From positions 1,292 through 65,291 of the forward strand of contig CAZHLX010000001.1 in NCBI GenBank assembly GCA_964533345.1: a stretch of DNA of 64,000 bases, written 5' to 3'. A program made the translations under genes and the position numbers. Under the pieces are notes generated by a model that worked only from the letters and a program-made list of their open reading frames with translations, made no database searches and was not told where the DNA came from. Below are positions 10,176 to 19,720 of this stretch, piece by piece (position 1 is the stretch's first letter; each line of letters begins with the position of its first letter). This DNA comes from an uncultured Pseudomonadales bacterium (lineage in GTDB: Bacteria > Patescibacteriota > Microgenomatia > UBA1400 > PJMF01).

Positions 10176-11252
10176 ATGCGATCGGTCTCAAACTTCCTAC
10201 TTGTGACTCTGTTTTTGATTAGCTTTATCAGCCTTAGTATTTTTGTTATTCCAGCCCCACTTCTGTCTCCAGAAGTAGCAAGTGATATCTCTGTGGAGTG
10301 TGATGAGGGCTATGGAAAATGCGCTGTCTTGGGAGAGGAATCACCATCTTGCGGTGATGGTTCATGTAATGGTTTTGAAAACTGTGAGACCTGTGAGCTT
10401 GACTGTGGAGTCTGTTCTGACCATGAACCATGGTGGCAAGTGTGGGGAGGTCATCTTTTTGCAGCTGCAGAGACATCAGATGCGATTAGCTCAGAGATCC
10501 CCAGCATAATGACTTGTATAGAGCCAGCATGTTTTCCTTTTGTATCTTCTGTTGATAGAGACTCAAACATTAATAGCGATGGTTTTTTGTTTACAGGTGG
10601 AGGAGACATCTCTGCTGATGGCTGGCTGACTTACCGTGATCCTAACACCTTTGCTCAAGGGACAAAGAATACCCGCTTGCGGGAAACTTATTCTTTTTTT
10701 CATAAACAATATAGCTTAGGACTCTCACCAGTAGATCAATTCTTTGATTCTTTTTATGATGCTCAGAAACCAACTGAGATCTGGGATTATTACTTCAGAG
10801 ATGGAGATTTAACAGTCCAAAGCCCATGGAGTGTTGCCAGTGGAGAGAGCTTTGTAATTATTGTTGATGGTGATCTATCGATTGAAGACCCAGGAACTGT
10901 AGGAGAATTGATCACAGTTGATGAAGGAGGCTTCCTGGCCTTTATTGTCTCTGGTGACATCAACATTGATGAGAATGTGGGGCACAGTACCTTAACCAAT
11001 ACCACTGGAAATATTGAGGGTATCTACGTAGCTGATGGGAACATTAATATTTTGAGTAATGGAGGGTTGGACAAAAAGTTTATTGGTGAGGGGACTTTTG
11101 TGGGTTGGTCTGGGGTCAACTTGAATCGAGATTTTAATGCTGGAGTAGATAATGACTCGCAACCAACAGAAACCTTTATTTATCGCCCAGATTTTATCAA
11201 AAACTTACCTGAAAAAATGCTACGATCACAAATGATTCGTCAGGAAGTTTAG
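10176..11252 (+). CDS. Secreted cysteine-repeat protein, paralog B (one CGDGxC module plus the same C-terminal domain)
   Basis: Signal helix, CGDGSCNGFENCETCELDCGVC, then WWQVWGG...LRETYSFF..QYSLGLSP...GESFVIIVDGDLSIEDPGTVGELITVDEGGFLAFIVSGDINI..., which is collinear with paralog A. Confidence 0.7.
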   Translation: MRSVSNFLLVTLFLISFISLSIFVIPAPLLSPEVASDISVECDEGYGKCAVLGEESPSCGDGSCNGFENCETCELDCGVCSDHEPWWQVWGGHLFAAAETSDAISSEIPSIMTCIEPACFPFVSSVDRDSNINSDGFLFTGGGDISADGWLTYRDPNTFAQGTKNTRLRETYSFFHKQYSLGLSPVDQFFDSFYDAQKPTEIWDYYFRDGDLTVQSPWSVASGESFVIIVDGDLSIEDPGTVGELITVDEGGFLAFIVSGDINIDENVGHSTLTNTTGNIEGIYVADGNINILSNGGLDKKFIGEGTFVGWSGVNLNRDFNAGVDNDSQPTETFIYRPDFIKNLPEKMLRSQMIRQEV

Positions 11253-11280
11253 TTCTTCTGTTACAATACAAAGCCTAGAT

Positions 11281-12588
11281 ATGCCTCAACATAATTTGGA
11301 AACTTTAGCTAATGATTTACCTATTTTAAGAATTCCCATGTCAGGGGTGGAGTCAGTTACAGTTCTAGTGTTAGCCAACACTGGCTCTAGATATGAAGTT
11401 CCTCAACAATATGGAATTGCTCACTTTTTTGAGCACATGGTCTTCAAAGGGAGTCAAAACTATCCCACAGCCCAAGCCTTAGCAGCGACTATTGATGGAG
11501 TAGGTGCAGACTTCAATGCTTTTACTAGCAAAGAGTACACCGGTTACTATGTCAAAGCCGCCTCTAGACATGTAGAGCTAGCTTTAGACGTTGTCTCTGA
11601 TATGTTATTAACTCCTAAACTAAGGCAAGAGGATATTGATCGAGAAAAAGGAGTTATCATCGAAGAGATTCATATGTATGAAGACACCCCTGCTCAGCAT
11701 GTGGGGAATCTATTTGATCGGATGGCTTTTGCTGGGAGTGGTTTGGGGCATGACATTATTGGTTCAGAACAAACGGTTTCTTCTTTGACCAGCGCTGATT
11801 TTCAGGGGTTTTTGAGGAAATGGTATGGCTTGCCCAATCTATTGTTAGTTATTGCCGGAGATGAGGAGATAGTTGGCTCAGATGAGATTCTAAAACAAGC
11901 TGAGCAAGCTTTTAGTAAGCAAGATCTGCAAACTGCAGAGCGAGGAGCTGAAAAAGTAAAGGTGATTAAAGATTTAACCGCTGATCCTTATGCTGATAAT
12001 TTCTTTCATCTAGAAAATAAGAAAACTGAACAGGCTCACTTTATCTTGGGTTGGCCAGGGTTAGATAGATTTAGCAAAGATCGTTATGCTCTCTCACTCT
12101 TGAATATCGTTTTAGGTGCCAGCATGAGCTCTCGCTTATTCACTGAAGTTAGAGAGAAGCGGGGACTGGCTTATTATGTTCGCTCAGAAGTTGATTCCTA
12201 TCATGATACTGGCTTGTTTGGGGCAGCTGTGGGAGCTGATCCAAAGAGAGTTGAAGAAGCTTTAGAGGTGACTATTCAAGAATTTACTAAATTGGCAGCT
12301 GGTGAAGAACCACTCACAGCAGGCGAGCTTTCCAGAGCTAAAGAGTATGCTGCGGGCAAAATGGCCTTGAGTTATGAGAATCCGCTGATGCTAGCACAGT
12401 ACTATGGCATGAAGCAGTTGTTGATGGGAGAGATAGAGACTATGGATGAGGTTTTGGAAAAACTAAGAGCTGTGAGTTTGGATGATATTGAGCAGGTGGT
12501 TAAAAAAATTATCCAACCAGGACAGTTGAGATTGTCTCTAATTGGTCCGTTTGCGGATGAGGCTAAATTTAAAAAATATTTAAGGTAA
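11281..12588 (+). CDS. M16 (pitrilysin/insulinase) family zinc peptidase
   Basis: Inverted zinc motif HxxEH within GIAHFFEHMVFKG. The length and two-lobed layout are typical of M16B. Confidence 0.85.
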   Translation: MPQHNLETLANDLPILRIPMSGVESVTVLVLANTGSRYEVPQQYGIAHFFEHMVFKGSQNYPTAQALAATIDGVGADFNAFTSKEYTGYYVKAASRHVELALDVVSDMLLTPKLRQEDIDREKGVIIEEIHMYEDTPAQHVGNLFDRMAFAGSGLGHDIIGSEQTVSSLTSADFQGFLRKWYGLPNLLLVIAGDEEIVGSDEILKQAEQAFSKQDLQTAERGAEKVKVIKDLTADPYADNFFHLENKKTEQAHFILGWPGLDRFSKDRYALSLLNIVLGASMSSRLFTEVREKRGLAYYVRSEVDSYHDTGLFGAAVGADPKRVEEALEVTIQEFTKLAAGEEPLTAGELSRAKEYAAGKMALSYENPLMLAQYYGMKQLLMGEIETMDEVLEKLRAVSLDDIEQVVKKIIQPGQLRLSLIGPFADEAKFKKYLR

Positions 12589-12620
12589 AATAAATTTAAT
12601 AAATAAGTGAAAGGAAATAT

Positions 12621-13097
12621 ATGAACTGGACAAGTACTGCTGTTTTAGTCAAGCCTGATGGTCTTCAACGAGGGCTAATCGGGGAAATTATCAGTCGCTT
12701 TGAGCGCAAAGGTCTCAAGCTAGCTGGGATCAAGATGGTCCACATGACTGATGAGATGTTGAGTGACTGGTATGCTGAGCACAAAGACAAGAGTTTCTTT
12801 GATGATCTTAAATCTTTCATGGGCTCAATGCCAATTGTAGCTATGGCCTGGGAAGGTGTTGATGCTGTTCCGGTGGTGCGTAAGTTAGTTGGAACTACTT
12901 TAGGTCGCGAGGCTGAAGGTGGTTCTATCCGTGGCGACTTTGGAATGAGTCAACAGTTCAACCTGATTCATGCTTCTGCTAATGATGAAGATGCTGAGCG
13001 TGAAATCAAGATTGTGTTTAGTAAGGATGAGCTTTTTGACTATGAGCACACCATGGAGCAGATCATCTATGCTGACTATGAGCGTGGGTCTAAATAG
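12621..13097 (+). CDS. ndk: Nucleoside diphosphate kinase
   Basis: TAVLVKPDGLQRGLIGEIISRFERKGLKL, GSIRGDFG, and the active-site His in NLIHAS (variant of NxxHGSD). Confidence 0.85.
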   Translation: MNWTSTAVLVKPDGLQRGLIGEIISRFERKGLKLAGIKMVHMTDEMLSDWYAEHKDKSFFDDLKSFMGSMPIVAMAWEGVDAVPVVRKLVGTTLGREAEGGSIRGDFGMSQQFNLIHASANDEDAEREIKIVFSKDELFDYEHTMEQIIYADYERGSK

Positions 13098-13121
13098 GCT
13101 TAGCTTAATTAATTATTAAAG

Positions 13122-13193
13122 TGTCCCCACCAAGACTCGAACTTGGATCTAGGGTTTAGGAAACCCTTGTTCTATCCCTTGAACTATGGGGAC
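13122..13193 (-). tRNA. tRNA-Arg (anticodon CCU), no encoded CCA
   Basis: Reverse complement GTCCCCATAGTTCAAGGGATAGAACAAGGGTTTCCTAAACCCTAGATCCAAGTTCGAGTCTTGGTGGGGACA folds as a cloverleaf. Acceptor is GTCCCCA/TGGGGAC, anticodon loop is UUCCUAA, T-loop is TTCGAGT. Confidence 0.85.
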
Positions 13194-13235
13194 GGACATC
13201 TCAACTGTGTTGTGTCAAATTAGGACCTATTTTCA

Positions 13236-14117
13236 TTAAATACTCATAAAAATGAGTCCTATTACACTAACAACTGAAGCAACAATTTTAATCTGCCAAT
13301 TTCTAAATTCTTTGAGAAAAATAAATCCAAATATAACAGTGAGCACTGTAGATAGCTGGCCAACAGAAACAACCAATGAGAGTGAGTCAGAGAGGACAAT
13401 TGCCTTGTAGTATGAGATTGCAGACACTGCCCAAATAGTACTCATAATAAAAAGTTGTTTAATGATGTTTTTATTCTTACTTACAATTTTTATTTTCTTT
13501 AGCTCAGCTGGCCTTGCCAGTATAGCGAGAACACCAGGTAGTATGAATAATATTGCTAACGTTGGTGAGAGTGGGAGGGATTGGTAAATGCCTTTATCAT
13601 TTACTAGTGCTAATCCAGAAAGGACGGCTGAAAGTAAGGCAATCATTTCTCCTTTTGAGAAATGTGTAAGCTTAGTTTCTTTATCGTAAACCACGAAGAA
13701 AACACTGACTAAGATGAGTACTGTTCCAATTAGTTGGTGTTGGCTGAAGCTTTCTCCTAGAAATAATAGGGCAGAAGCGATTGATACCAAGGGGGAAAGC
13801 GTCTCAATGATAGAGTATTTTGAAGCAGTGACGAGATTCAGAGCCTTGAAAGCTGCAAATGTAGCAGCAAACCACAGGATAGATCCAATTACTATTTTGA
13901 AAACTAAATATATATTGAGTGTTGAAAAGTAGTTGTTGTATTCATTTCCAAAACCAAGGAGTAGAGAGAAGAAGATAACGGCAACCCCTCCTGTTAGTTG
14001 AAAAAGAACACTATAGATATAATTTAAATTGTCATCAACAGCGGATATCTTTTTACGGATTATTGATGCTGAAGAGTACAAAAAGACTGAAAGTAGGGTT
14101 AAGTAAATTGAGATCAC
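13236..14117 (-). CDS. DMT-superfamily (EamA-like) transporter
   Basis: About 10 TM helices in 293 aa with a two-fold internal repeat layout typical of EamA proteins. Confidence 0.65.
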   Translation of the reverse strand: MISIYLTLLSVFLYSSASIIRKKISAVDDNLNYIYSVLFQLTGGVAVIFFSLLLGFGNEYNNYFSTLNIYLVFKIVIGSILWFAATFAAFKALNLVTASKYSIIETLSPLVSIASALLFLGESFSQHQLIGTVLILVSVFFVVYDKETKLTHFSKGEMIALLSAVLSGLALVNDKGIYQSLPLSPTLAILFILPGVLAILARPAELKKIKIVSKNKNIIKQLFIMSTIWAVSAISYYKAIVLSDSLSLVVSVGQLSTVLTVIFGFIFLKEFRNWQIKIVASVVSVIGLIFMSI

Positions 14118-14191
14118 TCGCTGATTATATCAAACAAGTTTAAGCTCTAGCCTTCAGAATTGTGTGGATTTATCTCAAGTCGAAAGTTCTG

Positions 14192-14265
14192 TCGGAGAGG
14201 CCGGACTTGAACCGGCGACCTCGCGATCCCGAACCGCGCGCGCTAGCCATCTGCGCCACTCTCCG
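14192..14265 (-). tRNA. tRNA-Pro (anticodon CGG), no encoded CCA
   Basis: Reverse complement is CGGAGAGTGGCGCAGATGGCTAGCGCGCGCGGTTCGGGATCGCGAGGTCGCCGGTTCAAGTCCGGCCTCTCCGA. Anticodon loop is UUCGGGA, T-loop is TTCAAGT. Confidence 0.85.
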
Positions 14266-14322
14266 TGGTCAATAAATTTTTACTCTATTTTTTAAAGTAG
14301 ACCATATTATATACTGGGTATT

Positions 14323-15654
14323 ATGTTAAAAAACCTGCTCCTTCAAAACTATATTACGCGTGGATTTTGGGGTGATGAGGCCTGGACAGCTGTCATCTCC
14401 CGCCTGTCTATTCCAGAAATTATTCAAGTCACTGGTCAAGATTTTCACCCACCGTTGTATTACTTGTTAGTTCACGGGTTTATGAGGATATTTGGAGAGA
14501 GTGAGTGGATTAGAGCTCTTTCAACATTCTTCTTTATTTTGACTTTAATTCCCCTGTACTTCTTTGCTAAGAAAATCACTAATAAAACTGTAGCTTGGGT
14601 GAGTACAACTCTGATTGGATTTAGCCCGATCTTATTTATCTATGCTTTCGAAGCTCGCTCCTATGCTTTTCTGACATTCATGTCAGTCATGAGCACATTG
14701 GTTTTCTGGAAGGCAGTTAATCTGGCTAAAAATAGAAAGAAGCCAACTAAAGAAACTATTCGAGCTTGGATTCTCTATGCCATTATCGGAGGTTTTGGAG
14801 TTTATACCCACTACTACATGTGGTTTATCTTAGCTTCTCATGGTGTCTTCTGGTTATTATCTGATCGTCGTCAGTTTAAGCAGGTTTTCTTGAGCTATTT
14901 ATTTATTTTCTTAGCTCAAATGCCATGGGTGCCAACTCTATTTAGTCAGGTGCAAACAGTGGCAGGTGACTACTGGATCGGGGGAATGAATAAGCGCACT
15001 CATGCTGAGTATTTCATGAGAATCACAGCTGGAGATATTGTGACTCCATGGCAAACACCATTAGCTAAAGTGATGTTTGCGGCCTTATTAATCAGTCCAG
15101 TCTTAGTGTGGTTGAAGAATAAGCGTAAGTTTCCTAAGGCTTATCTCTATCTATGGAGCTGGTTAGTGGTGCCAGTATTAATTCCAACTCTGTTGTCATT
15201 TCTGACTCCAGTGTTCTTTTATCGCTACCTAGTTTTTACTAGTGTGCCGATCATCTTAATTATTACTTGGGGATTGAGCTCAGTCAGAAAAGAGGTTCTC
15301 TATGCTTTGGGTGCCTTGTTATTGGTGTTTTATATCCGCACTGACTATCGCATCTTTGCACGTTTTCCACGTAGCATGAGAGAAGAGCTGGGTGAGGCAT
15401 TTTCTTCGGAGAATGTACCAAGTGAGGAGACTCCAATTTATACTTATTTACCTTCTTTTGCTGAAGTGTACTTCTATACTGAGCAACGTGCTCCAGTTAA
15501 AGTATCTCCACTAGGACTGGTCCAGTTTTCTGGGAAGTCTCTCTTGGACAAGCATGTGGAGAAGGGCTTAGTTGAGATTGCTGATCCAACTGAAGATCAA
15601 TCCTATTGGGAGCTTGATCAAGGTCCAACTTCGGAGTTTCATCAAGCGGAATAA
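14323..15654 (+). CDS. GT-C fold glycosyltransferase (PMT_2 / ArnT / GT39-like membrane protein)
   Basis: Polytopic membrane ORF with an acidic first-loop motif FWGDEAWTA (the DE/DD motif of GT-C enzymes) and a C-terminal soluble tail. Confidence 0.55.
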   Translation: MLKNLLLQNYITRGFWGDEAWTAVISRLSIPEIIQVTGQDFHPPLYYLLVHGFMRIFGESEWIRALSTFFFILTLIPLYFFAKKITNKTVAWVSTTLIGFSPILFIYAFEARSYAFLTFMSVMSTLVFWKAVNLAKNRKKPTKETIRAWILYAIIGGFGVYTHYYMWFILASHGVFWLLSDRRQFKQVFLSYLFIFLAQMPWVPTLFSQVQTVAGDYWIGGMNKRTHAEYFMRITAGDIVTPWQTPLAKVMFAALLISPVLVWLKNKRKFPKAYLYLWSWLVVPVLIPTLLSFLTPVFFYRYLVFTSVPIILIITWGLSSVRKEVLYALGALLLVFYIRTDYRIFARFPRSMREELGEAFSSENVPSEETPIYTYLPSFAEVYFYTEQRAPVKVSPLGLVQFSGKSLLDKHVEKGLVEIADPTEDQSYWELDQGPTSEFHQAE

Positions 15655-15662
15655 TTAATTAC

Positions 15663-17018
15663 TTAGTTAAGCTCTACTGCGTAAAGGTTTTGAGGTGAGT
15701 CAGGGCTGAAGGCAGTTAAGACCATAATCTTTTCACCTCCAGGCCATGGAAAAACAAAATCTTCTGAGAATTGTCCCGAATAGATATTCGTCTTATTTGT
15801 ACCGTCATACTCCATGATACTAATGCTGTCTCCGGCCGCGTGAATGACGTGATTTGAGTCTGGAAACCACTGAAATGAGTCAGCATAGAGAGAGACATGA
15901 TAATCACGGAAATTTTGGGCTGTTTGAGCTGACTGAGTAGCCTGTAGATTGATGAAAGCACTAGGTGAAGAATCAAGACTGATTGGATGAGAGCTGAAAA
16001 GATCAGTGCTTAGTAGCTTTTTGCTAGCTTGGTCTTCATTTGCCTCTGTTCCAATTCGGAAGTTTTTATCTTCTTCACTGTCATAGATATAAATTCCGCC
16101 AGCTTGGAGATCTCTTTCTTCTGGTTGAGTGTTGGTAGCTAAAACAGGGGGAATGATTCCTTCAGGTAGAGTTGAGTCTACTTGTGCGGTATAGAGTAGC
16201 TTCTTTCTGTCTGGAGAGAGATAGACATTCTTGGCTGAGGTTGTAGCCTGTTGAATGATTTCTTCAGGAAACTTAGCTAAGAACTGTCGCTCTCTTAGAT
16301 ATATCTCTTCTTCCCATTGACTGAGAATTTGTTTTCTTTTAATTCCCACATCAGGTAAGGTACGTAAACTTTGTTTTTTGTTTACGTCTACCAATACATA
16401 ATGACCGCTAGCAATTACCATAACCTGGGAGTTATCTGCAGACCAAATAAACTCAGCTTGATCAAGATCCCAACTCGGAACATCTTCTGCCAAATGACGA
16501 GCATTTCTTTGTAGGGGTAACAAATTTCCACCTAGCTCTAGGACATAAAGCCCATTTTTAGAGGTAGTTGAAGCATCAGCCGTATAGTAAATAACTTTCT
16601 GTCCATCTGGTGAAGGAGAAACATTTTGAGCCCCGGTAAATGTAAGAGGGGTCAAGCTAGGAGCAATGGGAAAGAGAAGTGCATTGGTCTGAGCTACCAA
16701 CTCTTTCTCAACTGCCATGGTTTTTTCCCATGGATTGTAGCCATCTTTAACAATCTTGATCTGATATGTGCCTGGCTCTAAATAAATGGTGTCGTCAGTG
16801 GCAGTAATTAGCTTATCATCGATCAAAACTTGAGCTCCAGTTGGAGCAGAGTTTGCACTCAGCAAGCCTGTTTCTTTAACAAGGCCATCTTGAGTGAAAC
16901 GATAATTGCCCTTAGCATAGCCAACTGCAATAAAAGCTCCAATCACAATGAAGATAGCTGACATGATTGTATAGATCAGCCTGAAGCTGGATTGGTTTAT
17001 TTTGAGCTTAAATTTCAT
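15663..17018 (-). CDS. Membrane-anchored PEGA-domain protein with a TolB-like beta-propeller region
   Basis: N-terminal TM. The PEGA-like segment is TGAQVLIDDKLITATDDTIYLEPGTYQIKIVKDGYNPWEKTM. It is followed by repeated SPDG.K..Y-type segments (VSPSPDGQKVIYY, LSPDRKKLLY). Confidence 0.55.
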   Translation of the reverse strand: MKFKLKINQSSFRLIYTIMSAIFIVIGAFIAVGYAKGNYRFTQDGLVKETGLLSANSAPTGAQVLIDDKLITATDDTIYLEPGTYQIKIVKDGYNPWEKTMAVEKELVAQTNALLFPIAPSLTPLTFTGAQNVSPSPDGQKVIYYTADASTTSKNGLYVLELGGNLLPLQRNARHLAEDVPSWDLDQAEFIWSADNSQVMVIASGHYVLVDVNKKQSLRTLPDVGIKRKQILSQWEEEIYLRERQFLAKFPEEIIQQATTSAKNVYLSPDRKKLLYTAQVDSTLPEGIIPPVLATNTQPEERDLQAGGIYIYDSEEDKNFRIGTEANEDQASKKLLSTDLFSSHPISLDSSPSAFINLQATQSAQTAQNFRDYHVSLYADSFQWFPDSNHVIHAAGDSISIMEYDGTNKTNIYSGQFSEDFVFPWPGGEKIMVLTAFSPDSPQNLYAVELN

Positions 17019-17071
17019 GGTCCTTATTATACCTCACTTGACCTGATGTTTGGGGTTATAATTATCTGGTA

Positions 17072-18100
17072 ATGAGTTGGAAATTTTTACCATCTATGAC
17101 CCCAGTAATTGGAGTTGATCTTGGAACAAGTCGAACCAGAATTTGGTTTCAAGGTAAGGGTGTAATGATAGATCAGCCAACCATCATTGCAACTGATACA
17201 CAGACAAAAAAAGTGATTGCGATTGGTGAGGATGCAGCTGAGATGGAAGGTCGAGTCAAATCTCAGATTAAAGTCCATTACCCACTCCAAAATGGAAAGA
17301 TCTATGATGCCAGCGCTGTTAAGGCGATGCTTCAAGTATGGTTGCAGCAAGTCTTGGGAATGAGGTACCTGTTAAGCCCAGTAGTGATGGTAAGTGTGCC
17401 TGCTAGTTGTACCCAAGCAAGCAGACAAGCAGTGATTAAAACCTTTTATCAATTGGGAGCTCGTGAGGTTTATACCATCGCTCAACCATTGGCAGCTGCA
17501 ATTGGAGCTGGAGTTCCCATTGCTGATGCATCAGGAACACTTGTTTTCCATTTAGGTGCGGGAGTAGTAGAGGCAGGTGTGATCTCTTTGGGAAGTATTG
17601 TTAATTATAAGAGCTCTGAGTTAGCTGGAAATCACTTGGATCAGGTTTTACAAAAAGAGATTTCTCAGCAATATAAATCAAAACTAGCAATTGAAACAGT
17701 TCGTCAAATTAAACAAAAGATGCCTTTGCTAGCTAAATCAAAGCAAACCATTAAGGTTGTTGGAAAAATGAGCACGGGATCTCCTCAAGAGATTGAGCTG
17801 AAAGTCGCAGATCTATTTGCAGTGACTAGCCAACTGGCAAGTGGTTATGGGAAACTAGTGGAATCACTTTTAACTGAGATCTATCCAGAACTAACAGCAG
17901 ACATCTTAGATAAAGGCATGTTATTATCTGGTGATTTTGCTCAGCTAATGGGATTGGATGCTTGGCTAGCTACTCAGTTAAAATTGCCTACTGCAGTGGT
18001 AGAGAATCCAGGATTAGCTGTTGTTGAAGGTATTAAAACTGCACTAGAAAATTTGGATGACTTTAAACAAAGCTTTGGTTATCAGGAATCTTTGAGATGA
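17072..18100 (+). CDS. mreB: MreB-like actin-fold protein (divergent)
   Basis: IGVDLGTSRTRIW (phosphate-1), IAIGEDAAEMEGR, HYPLQNGKIYD, VFHLGAGVVEAGVISLG (phosphate-2), collinear with MreB. Confidence 0.7.
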   Translation: MSWKFLPSMTPVIGVDLGTSRTRIWFQGKGVMIDQPTIIATDTQTKKVIAIGEDAAEMEGRVKSQIKVHYPLQNGKIYDASAVKAMLQVWLQQVLGMRYLLSPVVMVSVPASCTQASRQAVIKTFYQLGAREVYTIAQPLAAAIGAGVPIADASGTLVFHLGAGVVEAGVISLGSIVNYKSSELAGNHLDQVLQKEISQQYKSKLAIETVRQIKQKMPLLAKSKQTIKVVGKMSTGSPQEIELKVADLFAVTSQLASGYGKLVESLLTEIYPELTADILDKGMLLSGDFAQLMGLDAWLATQLKLPTAVVENPGLAVVEGIKTALENLDDFKQSFGYQESLR

Positions 18101-18831
18101 AATTAATTTCTTTAAATATTGAAGGTAGTAAACACCTCCATAGGAGAGTTTTGCCTTTCTTAAAAAAACAACAACCTGATGTGGTTTGTTTGCAGGAGGT
18201 TTTTGCTGTTGCTGTAGAAGAGATTGAGGAAACATTGAGGATGAAGGGTCGATTTGTACCTCTGGCTAATGTTGATAAAGTTACTAAACACACGCCAAAG
18301 CCCTTGGGGTTATGGGGAATATACGTAGGAAGTAGGCTTCCAACAGGAGATGTGGGCCATGCGTTTTATAAAGGAAATGATGGCCAAACTCCCACTTTTT
18401 TAGATAATGATGATCCTAACGCAATCAGCCGAGCGGTGATCTGGACTGAAGTTTCAGATGGAGAAGAAGATTATATGATTGTGAACACTCATTTTGTTTG
18501 GTCCCCCAAAGGTCAACCAACTGAGTATCAGCACCAACACCTAGAGAAATTATTTGAAATTACTAAGAGACTCTCTCCTCATATTTTGTGTGGTGACTTT
18601 AATGCTCCTAGAGGAGGAGAAATTTTTACTCGTTTAGCCCAAAACTATCGAGATAATATTCCTCTAGAAACAACTACGACTTTAGACAAGAGATTTCACT
18701 ATGCAGGAGAGCTGAATTATGTAGTGGATGGAATGTTTAGTCAGCCAGGGTATGAATTGAGTGAAGTTAAAGTTATTGATGGTTTAAGTGACCACATGGC
18801 GATTGTAGCCAAAGTAGAAAAGAGAGTTTAG
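18097..18831 (+). CDS. Endonuclease/exonuclease/phosphatase (EEP) family protein
   Basis: MKLISLNIEG, VVCLQEV, NTHF, CGDFNAP and SDHMAIV are the conserved EEP catalytic blocks. There is a 4-nt overlap with the mreB-like ORF. Confidence 0.7.
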   Translation: MKLISLNIEGSKHLHRRVLPFLKKQQPDVVCLQEVFAVAVEEIEETLRMKGRFVPLANVDKVTKHTPKPLGLWGIYVGSRLPTGDVGHAFYKGNDGQTPTFLDNDDPNAISRAVIWTEVSDGEEDYMIVNTHFVWSPKGQPTEYQHQHLEKLFEITKRLSPHILCGDFNAPRGGEIFTRLAQNYRDNIPLETTTTLDKRFHYAGELNYVVDGMFSQPGYELSEVKVIDGLSDHMAIVAKVEKRV

Positions 18832-18835
18832 CGCA

Positions 18836-19717
18836 ATGTGGGTTTTTTATTCATTTCTGACTGCTATTCTCCAAACCGTTAGGGACGTAGTTGGTAAGAA
18901 GGCTTCCAAAAATGTTGATGAGTACTTGATGACTTTTGGAATTCAGTTCTTTGGTTTGCTGATCATGATTCCATTTGTAATTTTCACAGGAATACCCGAT
19001 ATCAAGCCTCAGTTTTGGATAGCGGTGATTGGAGGGATGATTACTATCCCTTTAGGGAATATCCTTTATATGCGAGCGGTGAAGCTGTCACCAATTTCAT
19101 TAGTGGTACCGTTATTAGCTTTTACCCCAATTTTCACTGCTTTATTGGCAGTTTTCTCTGAAGGTAAATTTCCCAACTGGTTGGGTTGGGTGGGTATAAC
19201 TTTAGTAGTGATTGGTTTGTATAGTTTGAGACTTGATAGAGAAGTGATGAAAAAAGGTTTATTTACTCCTTTCACAAAGATCAAAGATGAGCCAGGCTCT
19301 CTGGCTATGTTAGGAACAACTGTGGTGTGGAGTATTGGAGCAAACCTTTCCAAATTACTTGTAGTGAACTCAGGATCACCTATTTTTTCCGCTTTCACTG
19401 GGGTCTTAATTGGCTCGGTAACGATGTTTCTTATTATCGCTTGGAGAGAAAAGTTTAAACTAGCTTCAACCTTTAAGAAGGTTAAAGATAACATTTTAGA
19501 CTTGAGCATGCTTGGAGGAGGAGTAACCTTATCAAACTTAGCGATGTATGCTGCCTTGGCTCAAGGCTTTACTCCCTATGTAATCTCGATCAAAAGAACA
19601 AACATGGTTTTTAGTTCCATTGCTGGGAAGTTTTTCTTTAAAGAAGAGTTATCAAAGAACAAAGTTTTTGGGATAATCTTGATGTTTGTGGGATTAATAT
19701 CAATTATTTTTTCTTAA
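18836..19717 (+). CDS. DMT-superfamily (EamA-like) transporter
   Basis: Ten predicted TM helices, 293 aa, duplicated EamA-type layout. Confidence 0.65.
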   Translation: MWVFYSFLTAILQTVRDVVGKKASKNVDEYLMTFGIQFFGLLIMIPFVIFTGIPDIKPQFWIAVIGGMITIPLGNILYMRAVKLSPISLVVPLLAFTPIFTALLAVFSEGKFPNWLGWVGITLVVIGLYSLRLDREVMKKGLFTPFTKIKDEPGSLAMLGTTVVWSIGANLSKLLVVNSGSPIFSAFTGVLIGSVTMFLIIAWREKFKLASTFKKVKDNILDLSMLGGGVTLSNLAMYAALAQGFTPYVISIKRTNMVFSSIAGKFFFKEELSKNKVFGIILMFVGLISIIFS

Positions 19718-19720
19718 ATT

